A DNA stretch of 64,000 bases from contig NC_043002.1 of NCBI RefSeq assembly GCF_006345805.1, positions 79,360,001-79,424,000 of the forward strand. The letters are read 5' to 3'. Numbering within the stretch: position 1 is the first letter of the stretch; every line of letters starts with the position of its first letter. Below are positions 41,651-55,004 of the stretch, piece by piece. Under the pieces are notes generated by a model. That model saw nothing but the letters and a program-made list of their open reading frames with translations. It did not search any database and was not told where the DNA came from. The DNA comes from Octopus sinensis (Eukaryota). Position numbers and translations under genes: made by a program.

Positions 41651-42464
41651 TACCTTCTTCTCTCAACCTTACTATATTATGTTCCAGCTCTCAAAATATA
41701 TCTTCCTTATCATCATCATCATCATCATCATCTTCTTCTTCTTCTTCTTCTTCTTCTTCTTCTTCTTCTTCTTCTTCTTCTTCTTCTTCTTCTTCTTCTT
41801 CTTCTTCTTCTTCTTCTTCTTCTTCTTCTTCTTCTTCTTCCTCTCGCCCTTTTCTAAAAATTACTATGCTTCAGCTCTTAGCACTTTGTCCAGTTCTCCC
41901 GCCCCAGAACAACTATTATAACGTTCTTTAATTTCCTTCTCCAACCATATTCTCCATCCCACACCTTTACAGAATCATCAGATTACTGATATCCAAGTTA
42001 AAATTTCAACCGCACCAATTCTATAAGTCTTAGAAAGTCTGCAAAATATCTTACGCATTGCCGCTCCACCTATGACTATCTTAGGAAAAAAAAAACTATT
42101 TCGCAGTTTACCTTCACTTGAGAAAGCATTTAAAGCTCAAAGATTAAAAGAAAACTTGGCATCAAATTCTCTGAGGAATATTATATTTTGCTTTCTCGTA
42201 GTTTATTAAATTTGAAAATAAAAGGAAACAAGAAAAAAAAATCGAAGTAAATTCCATTGTGAATAAAGAGTCCCAGATATAGGTTAGAAGTCTTAGTCCA
42301 AATCGATAAATCAAAGTATTCGATGATCTAGATAAATGAGTAATAAAACATTATTATGGAAAAAGTGAATTGTGATAAAACTGAAACGAAAGAGATACAG
42401 ACACACAAACACGAAAATACGCAGGCACAGCTATGTGCACCGATAGATATATATATATATGTAT

Positions 42465-42634
<170 letters not shown>

Positions 42635-44059
42635 TATTAATGTATTCCTATGTGTGCATACATTCATATACACACACGTGCTCATTTATTCATAGACTCG
42701 TACATGGTTGCATATGTATATATGCGCCCGCGTGTATGTGTGTGTGTGTCTATGTGTGTATGCTTGCGTGCGTCATATTTTGCCATTTCCGGCTTTATTG
42801 ATATAGCTAGAAGCTGACCGAGCATTACACAGTCAGAAGAACCACAAGATGGAACTAGTAGTCACAAAAATATTTCGATCTTTCCAATTCCCTATGAGAT
42901 TTATATGTGTGTGCGCGTAACTGTGTGTGTGTGTGTGTGCGTGCGTGCGTGTATAAACACATACATATACGTAAACACAGAGGCACATACAAGGTGCAGT
43001 AAAAAATTAAAAAATAGAAGCATTAGAAAAATAATTTAAAAACCGAAAATATGTGGGACGAGAATGATGACAAAAAGACAGCAGAGAAAATAGACGTAAG
43101 AAAAAATAAAATAGAATTTAGAACAAAATCGGCAAAATGAAGTCGAAAAAGAAAAAATTACTCAACCAAAAAACAAAAAAATTATAAGAATTGATGAATG
43201 TAGGACGAAAACTAGGTGGTGGAAAAGAAGAAATTGAAGATGAAGAAAGAATCAGCTACATAAGAAACGAAGAAAATAGCATGACAAAACAAAAACTGGA
43301 AAAGTGCATAGAAAAAGATGTAGAAAAAATGGCGAAAAAATTTACGTTCGTAAGCAAATAGAGAAATTAGAACACTGCGCATGGATGACGTTTTTTGAAT
43401 TATATCTTATTGATCACCAATTGGTAATTTATTAAAGAACAAGAGTTAGGCTGGTGGGTAGGTAGGTAGGTAGGTAGGTAGGTAGGTAGGTAGGTAGGTA
43501 GGTAGGTAGGTAGGTAGGTAGGTTGGTAGGTGGGTAGGTATGTGGTAGTTAGATATAAGGATAAGCTGACACATACAAAAGATCGTTAGATATATATAAA
43601 GGCAGGTGGAATGATTGAGCGATAGTAAGATAGATATAAAGATAGATAGATGGATATATATGGATAGTTGTAAAGATATATAGTTGGGTAGACGAACAAG
43701 AGATAGAGGAATCAATAGATATCAAAATAGGTAGATAGGAAAGTATAGAGGTTTATATCTGAGAATGCATGTGTGTGTGTGTATGTGTGTGTCTATGAGT
43801 AGATAGATATGTAGCTATTAAGTTAGGTACCTAGATATAGGTAGCTGTCTATATATATATTTGTATTTACCTTGCCCTTTTTTTAATTCGTTCTTTTCGT
43901 TCACACACACACACAGCTAAATGTTATATTTCGAATTACCTATTGCTATACACACGCACACACACACAAACACGCACGCTTATATATATATTCATGCATT
44001 ATGTATATATGTGTGTGCATGTGTGTTTGTGTGTGTATATATACATATATATATAAATT

Positions 44060-44122
<63 letters not shown>

Positions 44123-44295
44123 ATATACATATATATATAAATTTACATATATATATATATATATATGTGGTGTGTGTGTGTATATATATACATATATATA
44201 TAGATTTACATATATATATATATATGTACATATATGTGTATATATATATATATATATTCATATACACACACATATATATATATATATATTCATAT

Positions 44296-44383
<88 letters not shown>

Positions 44384-44429
44384 TAGATAGATATAATATA
44401 GGTAGAAAGATAAGATTAGAATTAGAATG

Positions 44430-45036
44430 TTAGATCGATATTAAAATAAACAAGTAAATATGTAACAACAAACAAATAAAAGAACATAATGGGATATATA
44501 TAATATATATATATATATAATATAATATATATATATATATATTATATATATATATATAATATATATATACACATGCAGAGAGGTAGAGTGAGAGAGGGTA
44601 GAAGACAGGCGATAGGAAGAGGAGGCTAAAAGATATGGAAAATGGTTTCATGAAACAAACAAAAGACAGTTTTCCTATAATTAACTCCAAGAAATGTTGC
44701 AACAACAATACGAACGAGAGTATCATATAAAAAAAAAAAACTAAGAAAAATAAATAAATATTACAACCACAAGAACCACCGCAATCATTATTACCATCGC
44801 CATGGTCATGGTTAACAGCGCTTACACTACCAGTACTGTCATCACTATCAACTTCACCTACTGTACCAGTACCACCAGTACAAGCACCGGCACCACCGGC
44901 ACCACCAGCACCACCACTACCACCGACACCACCACCGGAATCACCACAACCACTTGCATCACTGTCATCACCATCATCGTCCAACAATCTTCGCCTCGCC
45001 TCGACCATCATCATCACCATCATCATCATCATCATT

Positions 45037-45068
<32 letters not shown>

Positions 45069-45173
45069 TATCATCATCATCATTATCATCATCATCGTCG
45101 TCATCATCATCATTATTAGCATCATCATCATCATCATCATCATCGTCATCATCATCATCATCATCATATCATT

Positions 45174-45205
<32 letters not shown>

Positions 45206-45221
45206 TATCATCATCATCATT

Positions 45222-45253
<32 letters not shown>

Positions 45254-45408
45254 TATCATCATCATCATTATCATCATCATCGTCGTCATCATCATCATTA
45301 TTAGCATCATCATCATCATCATCATCATCGTCATCATCATCATCATCATCATCATCATTATCATCATCATCGTCGTCATCATCATCATTATTAGCATCAT
45401 CATCATCG

Positions 45409-45439
<31 letters not shown>

Positions 45440-46020
45440 TATCCTCCTCGTCATCATCGTCATCATCATCGTCGTCATCATCATCATCATCAACATTATT
45501 ATCATGAACATCGTCGTCACCTCAACACTTTTCTCCACCATCACTATCGTTTCAACCACTTCCGTCACCGTCACCACCTCTATCGCTAGCATCACCACCA
45601 CCGCCACAACCACCACCATCACAGTCACAATCAACTCAAACGCAGTCGCCGCTGCCACCACCATAACAAACACTCCCACACCCCTTCCCCACCATCATCA
45701 TCACCACCACCACCACATCGACTGTGACCACCTTAATCATCATCATCAACATCATCATCATCCCAATCACGATCATCATTATTACCTCCACTACCACTAC
45801 CACTACCACTACCACCGTCACCACCGCTACCACAGTTACTACAACCACTTGCGTCCTCCACCGCGGTTAACTCAACCATCATCGCCAACAAGCATTTTCA
45901 TAACCATTCACCACCACAACCGCCACCACCACCATCACCACCATCACCACCACCACCACAACCACCTCCATCAACACTACCACAACAATGACACAAACAA
46001 AAAAATTAAGAAATTATTAC
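44430..46020. repeat. (TA)n and higher-order (CAT)n/(CAC)n low-complexity block
   Basis: Directly visible; sub-unit CATCGTCGTCATCATCATCATTATTAGCAT recurs three times. Confidence 0.9.
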
Positions 46021-46398
46021 ATGGCAGGAACTGTTGCTTGCAGCTGCTACTTCCGGTGCTGCTGCTGCCGCTTCTTCTTCTGTTTCTGCTGCCGTTGCTA
46101 TTTCTGCTGTTGATGTTGCTATTTTTGTTTCTTATGCCCAGTTCATCCTTGATTCAACAGAACTATGATCAAAGAATGACAATCCGGACGTGATCATCCC
46201 GTCTGTTTCCCACCCTCACCCTCCAGGTCACCTGAGCTGTCTTTTTCTCACTTTTCCTTTTGTTTTTCCTGATATTTTCAGATGGCAATATGGATGTAAC
46301 ATGAAGAAGCTTTGGCTACTCTAACTAGTAAATCGATCAACCACCAGAGAAGTTCACTGTGTCGGCTACTGTTGTTGTTGTTGCTGCTGCTGTTGTTG

Positions 46399-46430
<32 letters not shown>

Positions 46431-47082
46431 ATTGTTGTAGCCTGTGGTGGTGGTGGTGGTGGTAGTGGTGAAGGAATGGTTCGGTAAATGAACATCAGTT
46501 CGTAAGGAGACAGTAATCCGCTACACAATGTTGGATAGCTGACCTAGATCTGCCGACACTAAATCACGGAGCCATGTGATTGAACCAGAATATGAACATC
46601 AACAGCAAAAATCGGAAAAAAAAAAAAAATTAATAAATAAAAAAATAAAAATTCAAACAAAACAGAACAAACGAAAAAGCAAGAATACAAAAAAAATAAA
46701 CAACAACATCAGCAGCAGCAGCAGCAGCAGCAGCACCAGTAGCAGCAACAGAAGCAGAAAAACACCTACACAACCCAGAGAAACTGTACTAGAAAAACTG
46801 CTTAAAGCTATTACACAAAGTAACCTAGTTTAGTGTGAAATATTTTTAGTGTTTCCTTATAATTTTTGTCTTGGTAAATTTATCAAGTTGTTTAATATTG
46901 TTTTCTTTTTTAATTTTTGGCAACCTGGATTATTATTATTTTTTTGTCATTTTTGTGTATTATTGTATTATTGCTTTATTAATTTATTTTTGTTTACATG
47001 CATATACATACATGCATTTACATACGTACATGCATATCATACATACATACATACATACATACGTACATACATACATACATAA

Positions 47083-47118
<36 letters not shown>

Positions 47119-47367
47119 TGTATGTATGTATGTATATATGTAGTATTTATCTTGATTTTATTAGTGGTGATATCACAATATTTATAAATATCTACTTTTA
47201 TGTGATGGGGGAGTAGTTTGCGGAGATTTCTTTTTCGACATAAATCTAATATCGGTATAAAAATACAGTTCATTCTCAAAATATCTGTGTGTGTGTGCAT
47301 GTGTGTGTATGTGTGTGTGTGTATATATATATTTATACACACACACACATACACACACACACACACT

Positions 47368-47400
<33 letters not shown>

Positions 47401-47990
47401 GAGGGCTGTAGATTGCTTGAAGCATTGCGGAAAATGTAGTGACTCGGCGTGTTACAGAAGCCGATAGCAATGCAGACAGCGCATTAAATATCAAAAATTT
47501 CAATAACAAAGATATCGAAATGTTGCTTTAGAAATATTTCATTAGAACTGATATTTCGAGGAGAACACATCTTTACGAGGGCTTAAAAGAACAAAAGAAA
47601 GGGAAAGTCATAAGCTATTTGTTTACTTTCTTGGCGACACGAAATCATCATGGATGAATTAGAGCGTGTTTTGAGATTTAAAATTTGGGGTTGCAATTGT
47701 ATTCGACGGGCTGTTCGTGTCAGAGTAGGGGTGACATGTGTACGAGGAGAAACTGAGTCAAATTATTGCGTCGCACATTTATAGTATTCATTGAATCCGG
47801 ATATCCGGATGTTTGTTTCCCTTACCCGTTATTAGAATGGTCTCTGTAATCAGTAGTTTACCAATGTTACCGGTTCGTAGTTTTAAGATAAAGCTTTGAT
47901 GCATGAAGCGCACGGCTCTTGGATTAGGAAATGCCAAGGTTGATTTGTGTAACGAGATGTATTGCAATTGGTGCACTGAATCTGATGTAC

Positions 47991-48170
47991 TACGAGGAGG
48001 TGCTGAAAAGTTTCTGGCTTTAGGTAAAAGAGAATACAAGAGGATTAGCTAATTATGATTTCATGCAAAATATTTCCGTCTCAGATTTATACACTTCTTG
48101 CAACACTCCTTCAGTTTCCCAAGCTCTGTAAAAGAATGCGAAGGCTCGGTAGGTTGTAGCAGATCTGAAA
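47991..48170 (+). mobile_element. Mariner-like TIR remnant
   Basis: TACGAGGAGGTGCTGAAAAGTTTCTGGCTTT resembles a mariner terminal repeat; no partner end found. Confidence 0.3.
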
Positions 48171-48264
48171 AAAAAAAAAACAGTATTTATGTGTGCAGAA
48201 AAATATTTGGTTCTGAAGTTTGATGGTTTAAGCAACAGCAGCTGAGGAAGGAAGGGGAATATAG

Positions 48265-48487
48265 TTGTCTTTGTGTCTGTGCCTATCCTCCTATCATCGC
48301 TTGATAATAACCGACATTGGTGTGTTTACGTCCTCGTAACTTAGAAGTCTGGCAAAAGAAGCCGATAGCACAAGTTATAGGCTTGTAAAGAATAAGTTCT
48401 GGGCTCGGTTTCTTCGACTAAAAAAACCCTTAGGCGGTGCTGCAGCATGGACGCAGTCATATGACTGAAACAAGTAGAAGAACTAAA

Positions 48488-48490
<3 letters not shown>
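48265..48490 (+). mobile_element. OR1/OR2-like SINE, 3' half, decayed
   Basis: CATCGCTTGAT...TTGGTGTGTTTACGTCC...GGCGGTGCTGCAGCATGG...GACTGAAACAAGTAG. Confidence 0.65.
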
Positions 48491-48568
<78 letters not shown>

Positions 48569-48577
48569 TGTGTGTGT

Positions 48578-48646
<69 letters not shown>

Positions 48647-48917
48647 GCATGATTTCAACGTTGGAATCATGGGATGCAACATGGTGGAGGCGAAATAGTT
48701 TGGCAGATAAATTTATTGAGTCAATAGCAAATATCACTAGTTACTGAGCGGATCAATAGACAACAAACATTTAGCAAATAGGATCAATCAGTTCCGATAG
48801 CGAACGACCACTAACATGCAGTCACAGTGTGCACAGGTGAGACATTCACCTATCGGAAGCACAATATACCATAAGTAGTTCAACCGGAATACTGGACAAA
48901 GAAACAAAAACAACAAC

Positions 48918-48975
<58 letters not shown>

Positions 48976-48977
<2 letters not shown>

Positions 48978-49478
48978 TGATGGAAGTGTTATCATGTACA
49001 TTGTTTTGTCTTGGTATAAAAGATGGGCTACAGCAAATATTCTGCTCAATACCACAGATTTGCTTGTCAGTTGTTTGACCTTAACCAGTTGAGCATGTCC
49101 TTAGTGGCTGACGATATGTGCATCTCTGATCACGAGCAGAAGTAGTGGGGGAGCATCATAGCCATGTGTTGAGGGGGATTCTTTGGGTTTGAATAGTTCA
49201 CCTCTGGAAACATGGGGGTTCTTTCAACATCCTTAAACAACCCTTATTCAGGGACCGTTTGAGCGGGATGGGCTACTCAACCTGAAGAAAATTCTAACTG
49301 GGCCCCACCTGCAAGGTCATGTGCTGTTATCTTGATATGAGATCACCATGTCGCGCACATATGGTTGTGATGCATGTGCCTGGTGTACCTTTATCAAACG
49401 GGTAGTCATGATGGGTATATTGGGCTTCGTATATTTTACCCCAGTGTCACTTTGATGGCATGAACTGCTCTCTCACTC
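48976..49478 (+). mobile_element. ~500-bp non-coding interspersed element embedded in (TAA)n
   Basis: Flanked by (TAA)n on both sides. A second diverged copy starts at 63818, also directly after (TAA)n. No ORF. Confidence 0.7.
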
Positions 49479-49502
49479 AATAATAATAATAATAACAATA
49501 AC

Positions 49503-49560
<58 letters not shown>

Positions 49561-49562
<2 letters not shown>

Positions 49563-50630
49563 GCAAAAAATTTGCTATTGATCTCGTGCAGGATACCCAA
49601 ACTGAACAACCCGAGGGAAGTACGGCAACTATTGTTGCAAAGAAGGTGAAAATGATGGCAATGAAAAAAGCGCACGAGCAATTGGCTGATAGGTGGGAGG
49701 AGAAACCTCTGCACGGCAAATATGTGACCCGCAGCAAACAAGCTGATGTTGACCAGAAGCAAACCCATCAGTGGCTACGGAGCTCAGGGCTAAAAGCAGA
49801 GAGCGAAGGTTTCATCTGGCTGCTCAAGACCAAAGCCTATTAACGCGGAACTACCAGGCCATGTGATGAAAAATGGAGCAGACCCAAAATGCCCATTCTG
49901 CAACGACATGATTGAAACAGTGGACCACCTAATCTCTGGATGTAAAGTCTTAGCACCAGTGGAGTATAAATTAAGACATGACAGAGTTGGCCAATATCTC
50001 CACTGGCTAATAAGTCGGCATTACAATATCAAAACTGCCGACAAGTGGTATCACCACCCTGAGGCTGTAACTGAAGGAGAAAATGTAACCATTCTGTGGG
50101 ATTTTCCAGTACATACAGACCGAACCATCAAGGCCAATAAACCAGATATTGTTGTGAAAGACCAAAACAATAAAGTTTGCTTATTGATCGACATGAGCAT
50201 CCCTTGTGATCATAATATCTCAGCGAAAGAGTTTGACAAGCCAGAAAATATAAAGACCTACTCATTGAAATTGAGAAAATGTGGCATCTCAAGGCGGTTA
50301 CAATACCAGTGATCGTAGGAGCACTAGAATGATCAAGAAGGGAACCGAAAATTATATGAGAATGATCCCTGGCTTACCATCCCTGCAAGAAGTGCAAAAG
50401 ATTGTCTTAACTGGTACATCACACGTATTGAGAAGAGCATTGTCGATGTGAGAACTGTTGCTGCTCATGTATTTTAATCTAACTTTAAAAAAAAAAAAAA
50501 AAAAAAAAATGAACGAACTACTGAGTTTGGTTTAATGGCCTACCAATATACACTATGAGTTTCTTTGCCCTAGGAGTCGGGAAGACACTCGGCAAGAAAT
50601 GGAAGAAATTTGAAAGAAGAAAAAAAAATA
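49561..50630 (+). mobile_element. 5'-truncated Dong/R4-clade LINE (CCHC zinc knuckle plus PD-(D/E)xK endonuclease and 3' UTR)
   Basis: KPLHGKY, CPFCNDMIETVDHLISGC, RHDRVG, LWDFPVHTDRTIKANKPDIVV...IDMSIP, PVIVGA; a few frameshifts; (TAA)n on both flanks. Confidence 0.92.
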
Positions 50631-50679
50631 ATATAATAATATGATGATAATAATAATAATTATAATAATATACTAATAC

Positions 50680-50734
<55 letters not shown>

Positions 50735-50749
50735 TAATAATAATAATAA

Positions 50750-50780
<31 letters not shown>

Positions 50781-50845
50781 AATAAAAATAATAATAATAA
50801 TAATAACAACAACAACAACACTCATCATCATCATCATCATCATCA

Positions 50846-50876
<31 letters not shown>

Positions 50877-51060
50877 AATAAGGCGAGCTGGCAGAAATGT
50901 TAGCACGCCGGGTGAAATGCTTAGACACACACACATACATACATACATTCATACATACATATATACATACATACGACGGGCTTTCAGCTTCCGTCTACCA
51001 AATCCACTCACAAAGCTTTGGTCGGCCCGAAATTCTAGTAGAAGACACTTGCCCATCTAT

Positions 51061-51454
51061 AGTGGCTGTGTGGTAAGTAGCTTGCTAACCAACCACATGG
51101 TTCTGGGTTCAGTCCCACTGCGTGGCATCTTGGGCAAGTGTCTTCTACTATAGCCCCGGGCCGACCAATGCCTTGTGAGTGGATTTGGTAGACGGAAACT
51201 GAAAGAAGCCTGTCGTATATATGTATATATATATATATGTATGTTTGTGTGTGTCTGTGTTTGTCCGCCTAGCATTGCTTGACAGCCGATGCTGGTGTGT
51301 TTACGTCCCCGTCACTTAGCGGTTCGGCAAAAGAGACCGATAGAATAAGTACTGGGCTTACAAAGAATAAGTCCCGGGGTCGATTTGCTCGACTAAAGGC
51401 GGTGCTCCAGCATGGCCACAGTCAAATGACTGAAATAAGTAAAAGAGTAAAAGA
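51061..51454 (+). mobile_element. Full-length OR1/OR2-like SINE (an inverted partial copy lies at 50970-51055)
   Basis: AGTGGCTGTGTGGTAAGTAGCTTGC head, B box, CTTGGGCAAGTG core, tail GGCGGTGCTCCAGCATGGCCACAGTCAAATGACTGAAATAAGTAAAAG. Confidence 0.85.
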
Positions 51455-51455
51455 G

Positions 51456-51487
<32 letters not shown>

Positions 51488-52287
51488 CGTGAGCGTGTAT
51501 GCGTGTGTGTGTGTGTGCGTCTGCGTATGTGTGTGTGTTTGCGTGTGTGTGTGTGTTTGTGTATGTGTTCACACCGCTTGAGAACCGGTGCTGCTGTGTC
51601 TATGTCTCCGAAAGGCAGCTGTTGCTTTAAAATAGACCGATAAAATAATTATCAGGCTTAATAAAAAACAAGTACTGCGGTCGATTCACTCGACCAAAAA
51701 CTCAAGGATGTGCCCCTCGCATGGCCGTTGTCTCATGACTGAAACAAGTAACAGATGGAAACTAAAAAAAATATTAGATTATATACACCAGTAAATACAT
51801 GGACTTAGCTTGATTCGTCATTGGCTATATCAATACAACACCTCCGACCTCATTGACGAGCCACACACTCAGGAGCCATTGAATAATAAGCATAATAGCA
51901 TATCTCCTTATAGAACAAAAGAAAAATCAGTGAATAACTGGTTGCTTATTTGACACAATTTTGTCTTCGTTTTCCTAGTAAACACAGCAAACTTTAATAT
52001 ATTAGCAATGTGACTTAGTTTCTCTTTCGCATATTATCATTGTAAGACATGAAGTTTTAAAGTCCAAAATTAATCCATGTACGATTGTTTTTCGCACTAC
52101 AGCTTTCCCTTCCACTTGACCACCTCTTTCCAGTCATCTAGAAATAGGGCAGGCAATACACTGTGATCTATGTACTGTTAGGTATGTCAAAGTTAAGTCC
52201 AACAGCATGAGCGAGAGACGAGAAAATTCATGCGGTGTATAAAGTATTTAAGAAATCTCTTTCTCTCTCTCTCTCTATCTATCTATC

Positions 52288-52464
52288 TTTTTTTGTCCTC
52301 TTTCTCTCCTTTTACGATCCCTTTTGATCGACCCCCCCTTTTTTATTTTATTTTATTTTTTATTTTATTATTATTATTATTTTTTTTTTTACCTTCAAAA
52401 GAAAAGCTCTACCGTGTAATTTGTTCTATCTGTGTGCAGCCCTGTGTGGCTAATAAAGAAACAT
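52288..52464 (+). mobile_element. 3'-end-only copy of the Tx1/L1-type element
   Basis: Near-identical to 54005-54158 (ACCTTCAAAAGAAAAGCTCTAC...GGCTAATAAAGAAACAT) and flanked by (ATCT)n. Confidence 0.85.
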
Positions 52465-52465
52465 A

Positions 52466-52496
<31 letters not shown>

Positions 52497-52634
52497 ATCT
52501 ATCTACCCAGCTAGCTACCTATTTGCCAGCTAGCTAACTATATATATATATATATATATATATTCTGTCTGTCAATCTGTCTGTCTGTCTGTCTGTCAGT
52601 CTGTCTGTCTGTCTGTCTGTCTGTCTGCTGTCTG

Positions 52635-52698
<64 letters not shown>

Positions 52699-52716
52699 CC
52701 TACCTATCTATCTATA

Positions 52717-52757
<41 letters not shown>

Positions 52758-52827
52758 GTCTGTCTGTCTGTCTATCTGTCTGCCTGCCAGTCTGCTTGCC
52801 TGTCTTCATGCCTGTCTGTCTGTCTAA

Positions 52828-52887
<60 letters not shown>

Positions 52888-54052
52888 TGCATCCTCTTTC
52901 GCTTCTTGTGGAAAGGATGCGTCCCGATGGTCAGGCGATCCATTTGCTGTCAACACCCGTTAAAAGGAGGGCTGGGCATGCCGTGGTTGATGATGCGCAG
53001 ACACGCGCTGAGACTGCGACATCTCTGGCTCTATGTAGACGACGGTGAACAGGTGTGGTCGCCGTTTGTGAGGCACGCTTTCCCGCAGCTCGTCTCCATG
53101 ACCGAACTGCAGTCGTGGATCAAAAAGAGGCCGAGGAAGGGCGAATGGCACCGCGAGTGTCGCGTTGCTCTCAAGCAACTCTGCCGTCCTGGGTCGACCT
53201 TAGTGACTTCAACACAACCAAAGCATTCTATAGGGGTTTAGTGGAGGGGAGGTACGACGACGAGCTCGGGGCGAACCTGGACGTCGACGAGGAGTACCTG
53301 ACCCGCCTGTTCGGACGACTTTCGGGCCAGGGCCCATGGACAACTTCCAGAGATCCCTGGCCTGGCAGTGCTACCGAGAAGCGCTACCCGTTCGGGATAA
53401 GCTCTACAGACACGGCTCGAGAAACACGGGGCCGACCTGCCCGAGATGCGTGGTCAGAGCGACGAAACCGTTCTGCACGCACTCGTTCAGTGTCCAACAA
53501 TTTCCGACCTGTGGGCTTATGTCGAACAACTGCTGTCACGTGTGGGACGAGTCGGTTTATCAGCTGAGTCTATCGTCAATATTGTCACGCCTCCTTCCTC
53601 AAACGGGAAGGAAGAGCTATTTTCATCATCCTTGTGGCTATGGCGAAAGAATGTATCTGGTGGACGCGTCTGAAAGGATTGGAGACCAACACTTTCCTCT
53701 CTGGTCAATCTCTCATCAACTTCTTCAAGTACCACTTGAAAAGGAAAGTGAGAGTAGAGAGGCAAGTTTTGTCTAGCGAATGTTTAAAAAAAGATGGGTG
53801 AATGTAGCAAGAATGCACGTATGAATGACGAAGCCACCTTGAGCATAGTCCTATGAACCCAGAAATCGAAAACAGAGAGTTGCTTATTTGCAAAAAAAAA
53901 AAAAAAAAAAAGAAATATAAAATGTGACTTCATTGACCGAGGTTACCGTGGTCTTTTCCTCTCCCCCCCCTTTTTTTTTTTTTTTTTTTTAACCCCCCTT
54001 ATTTTTGGTCCTTTTCTCTCCTTTTACTTCCCTTTTGATCGAACCTCCCCCT

Positions 54053-54086
<34 letters not shown>

Positions 54087-54158
54087 CCTTCAAAAGAAAA
54101 GCTCTACTTGTAATTTGTTCTATCTGTGTGCAGCCCTGTGTGGCTAATAAAGAAACAT
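52888..54158 (+). mobile_element. 5'-truncated Tx1/L1-clade LINE (post-RT C-terminus and 3' UTR)
   Basis: FLWKG...GGLGMP, LAWQCYREALPVRDKL, CPRC..DETVLHALVQC zinc knuckle, AKECIWWTR; frameshifted; AATAAA near the end; (TCTA)n upstream and ATCT downstream. Confidence 0.85.
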
Positions 54159-54239
54159 ATCTATTGATCTATTGATCTGTCACGGTGTGTATGGACATAA
54201 GCTTACCCATACGCAGGTATTGATATATATATTAATATA

Positions 54240-54366
54240 CAGGGTGTCCCCATAAAAGTTATCACATAGTGGTTCGGCAAAAGAGAACGATAGAATAAGT
54301 ACTAGGCTTACAAAGAATAACAAATTTACAATTATTTAAGGTGTGTATACATTTTTTTCGGACACC

Positions 54367-54369
<3 letters not shown>
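54240..54369. mobile_element. 130-bp Tc1/mariner-type MITE with an internal SINE fragment
   Basis: TA|CAGGGTGTCC...GGACACCCTG|TA; interior 54268-54320 matches the SINE segment GGTTCGGCAAAAGAGA..GATAGAATAAGTACTAGGCTTACAAAGAATAA. Confidence 0.75.
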
Positions 54370-54431
<62 letters not shown>

Positions 54432-54526
54432 ATCTGATGATGGCAGTTACGAAATGTAGCAGTTACGAAAAGACTTATGAAAAGAAACAGAATCAAGCTC
54501 TTTTCCTCTTTCTCTGTCTCTCTCTC

Positions 54527-54557
<31 letters not shown>

Positions 54558-55004
54558 ATCAGTGTGTGTGTGTGTATGTGTGAGCATGAGTATGGATGCA
54601 CTATATAACCTTGAAGAGACATTCAACAGCCCTTTCGGCTTTCACCTGGAAACATAAAGACAAAGATATCTACTATATAATCAAATGGAAAATCATCTTC
54701 AAAACCAAACCCTATGTTAATGGGTCAAACAGACCATCTTGCTAGAGTTTAAATATGGACCACCAAACGCACCATAAGCCAATCAACTTTTCTTTACATT
54801 TTGATATGTTTTGTAACTTTGATTATCATCCCTTTGGTTTTCCTTATCTTTTTCCTTATGGGCTTTCCATGTTCAAAAACGATCTTATTCTCAGTTTAAA
54901 AACTGACGAAATAAATCAATTTTTCGGTCACGAAACTCTGGGTAGCTGTATCTCACAAGACTTATGGTCTTTATTATACCATTATTTTCACTCTCTTATG
55001 TGAT

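Noticed and set aside
46150-46530. Acceptor-like TTTTCCTGATATTTTCAG at ~46281 and ORF 46337-46528
   Set aside because: All frames close within ~45 nt, the minus-strand ORF is mostly repeat-derived, and there is no supporting upstream exon.
49100-49145. CTGACGA in the TAA-embedded element
   Set aside because: No stem II followed by GAAA downstream.
51061-51125. tRNA genes at SINE heads (also ~1500-1564, 20140-20206, 38196-38265)
   Set aside because: A and B boxes are present but there is no complete cloverleaf, and each runs into SINE body sequence.
54428-54475. CTGATGATGGCAGTTACGAAA candidate ribozyme
   Set aside because: No stem I partner or stem III can be formed; contains a small GCAGTTACGAAA duplication instead.
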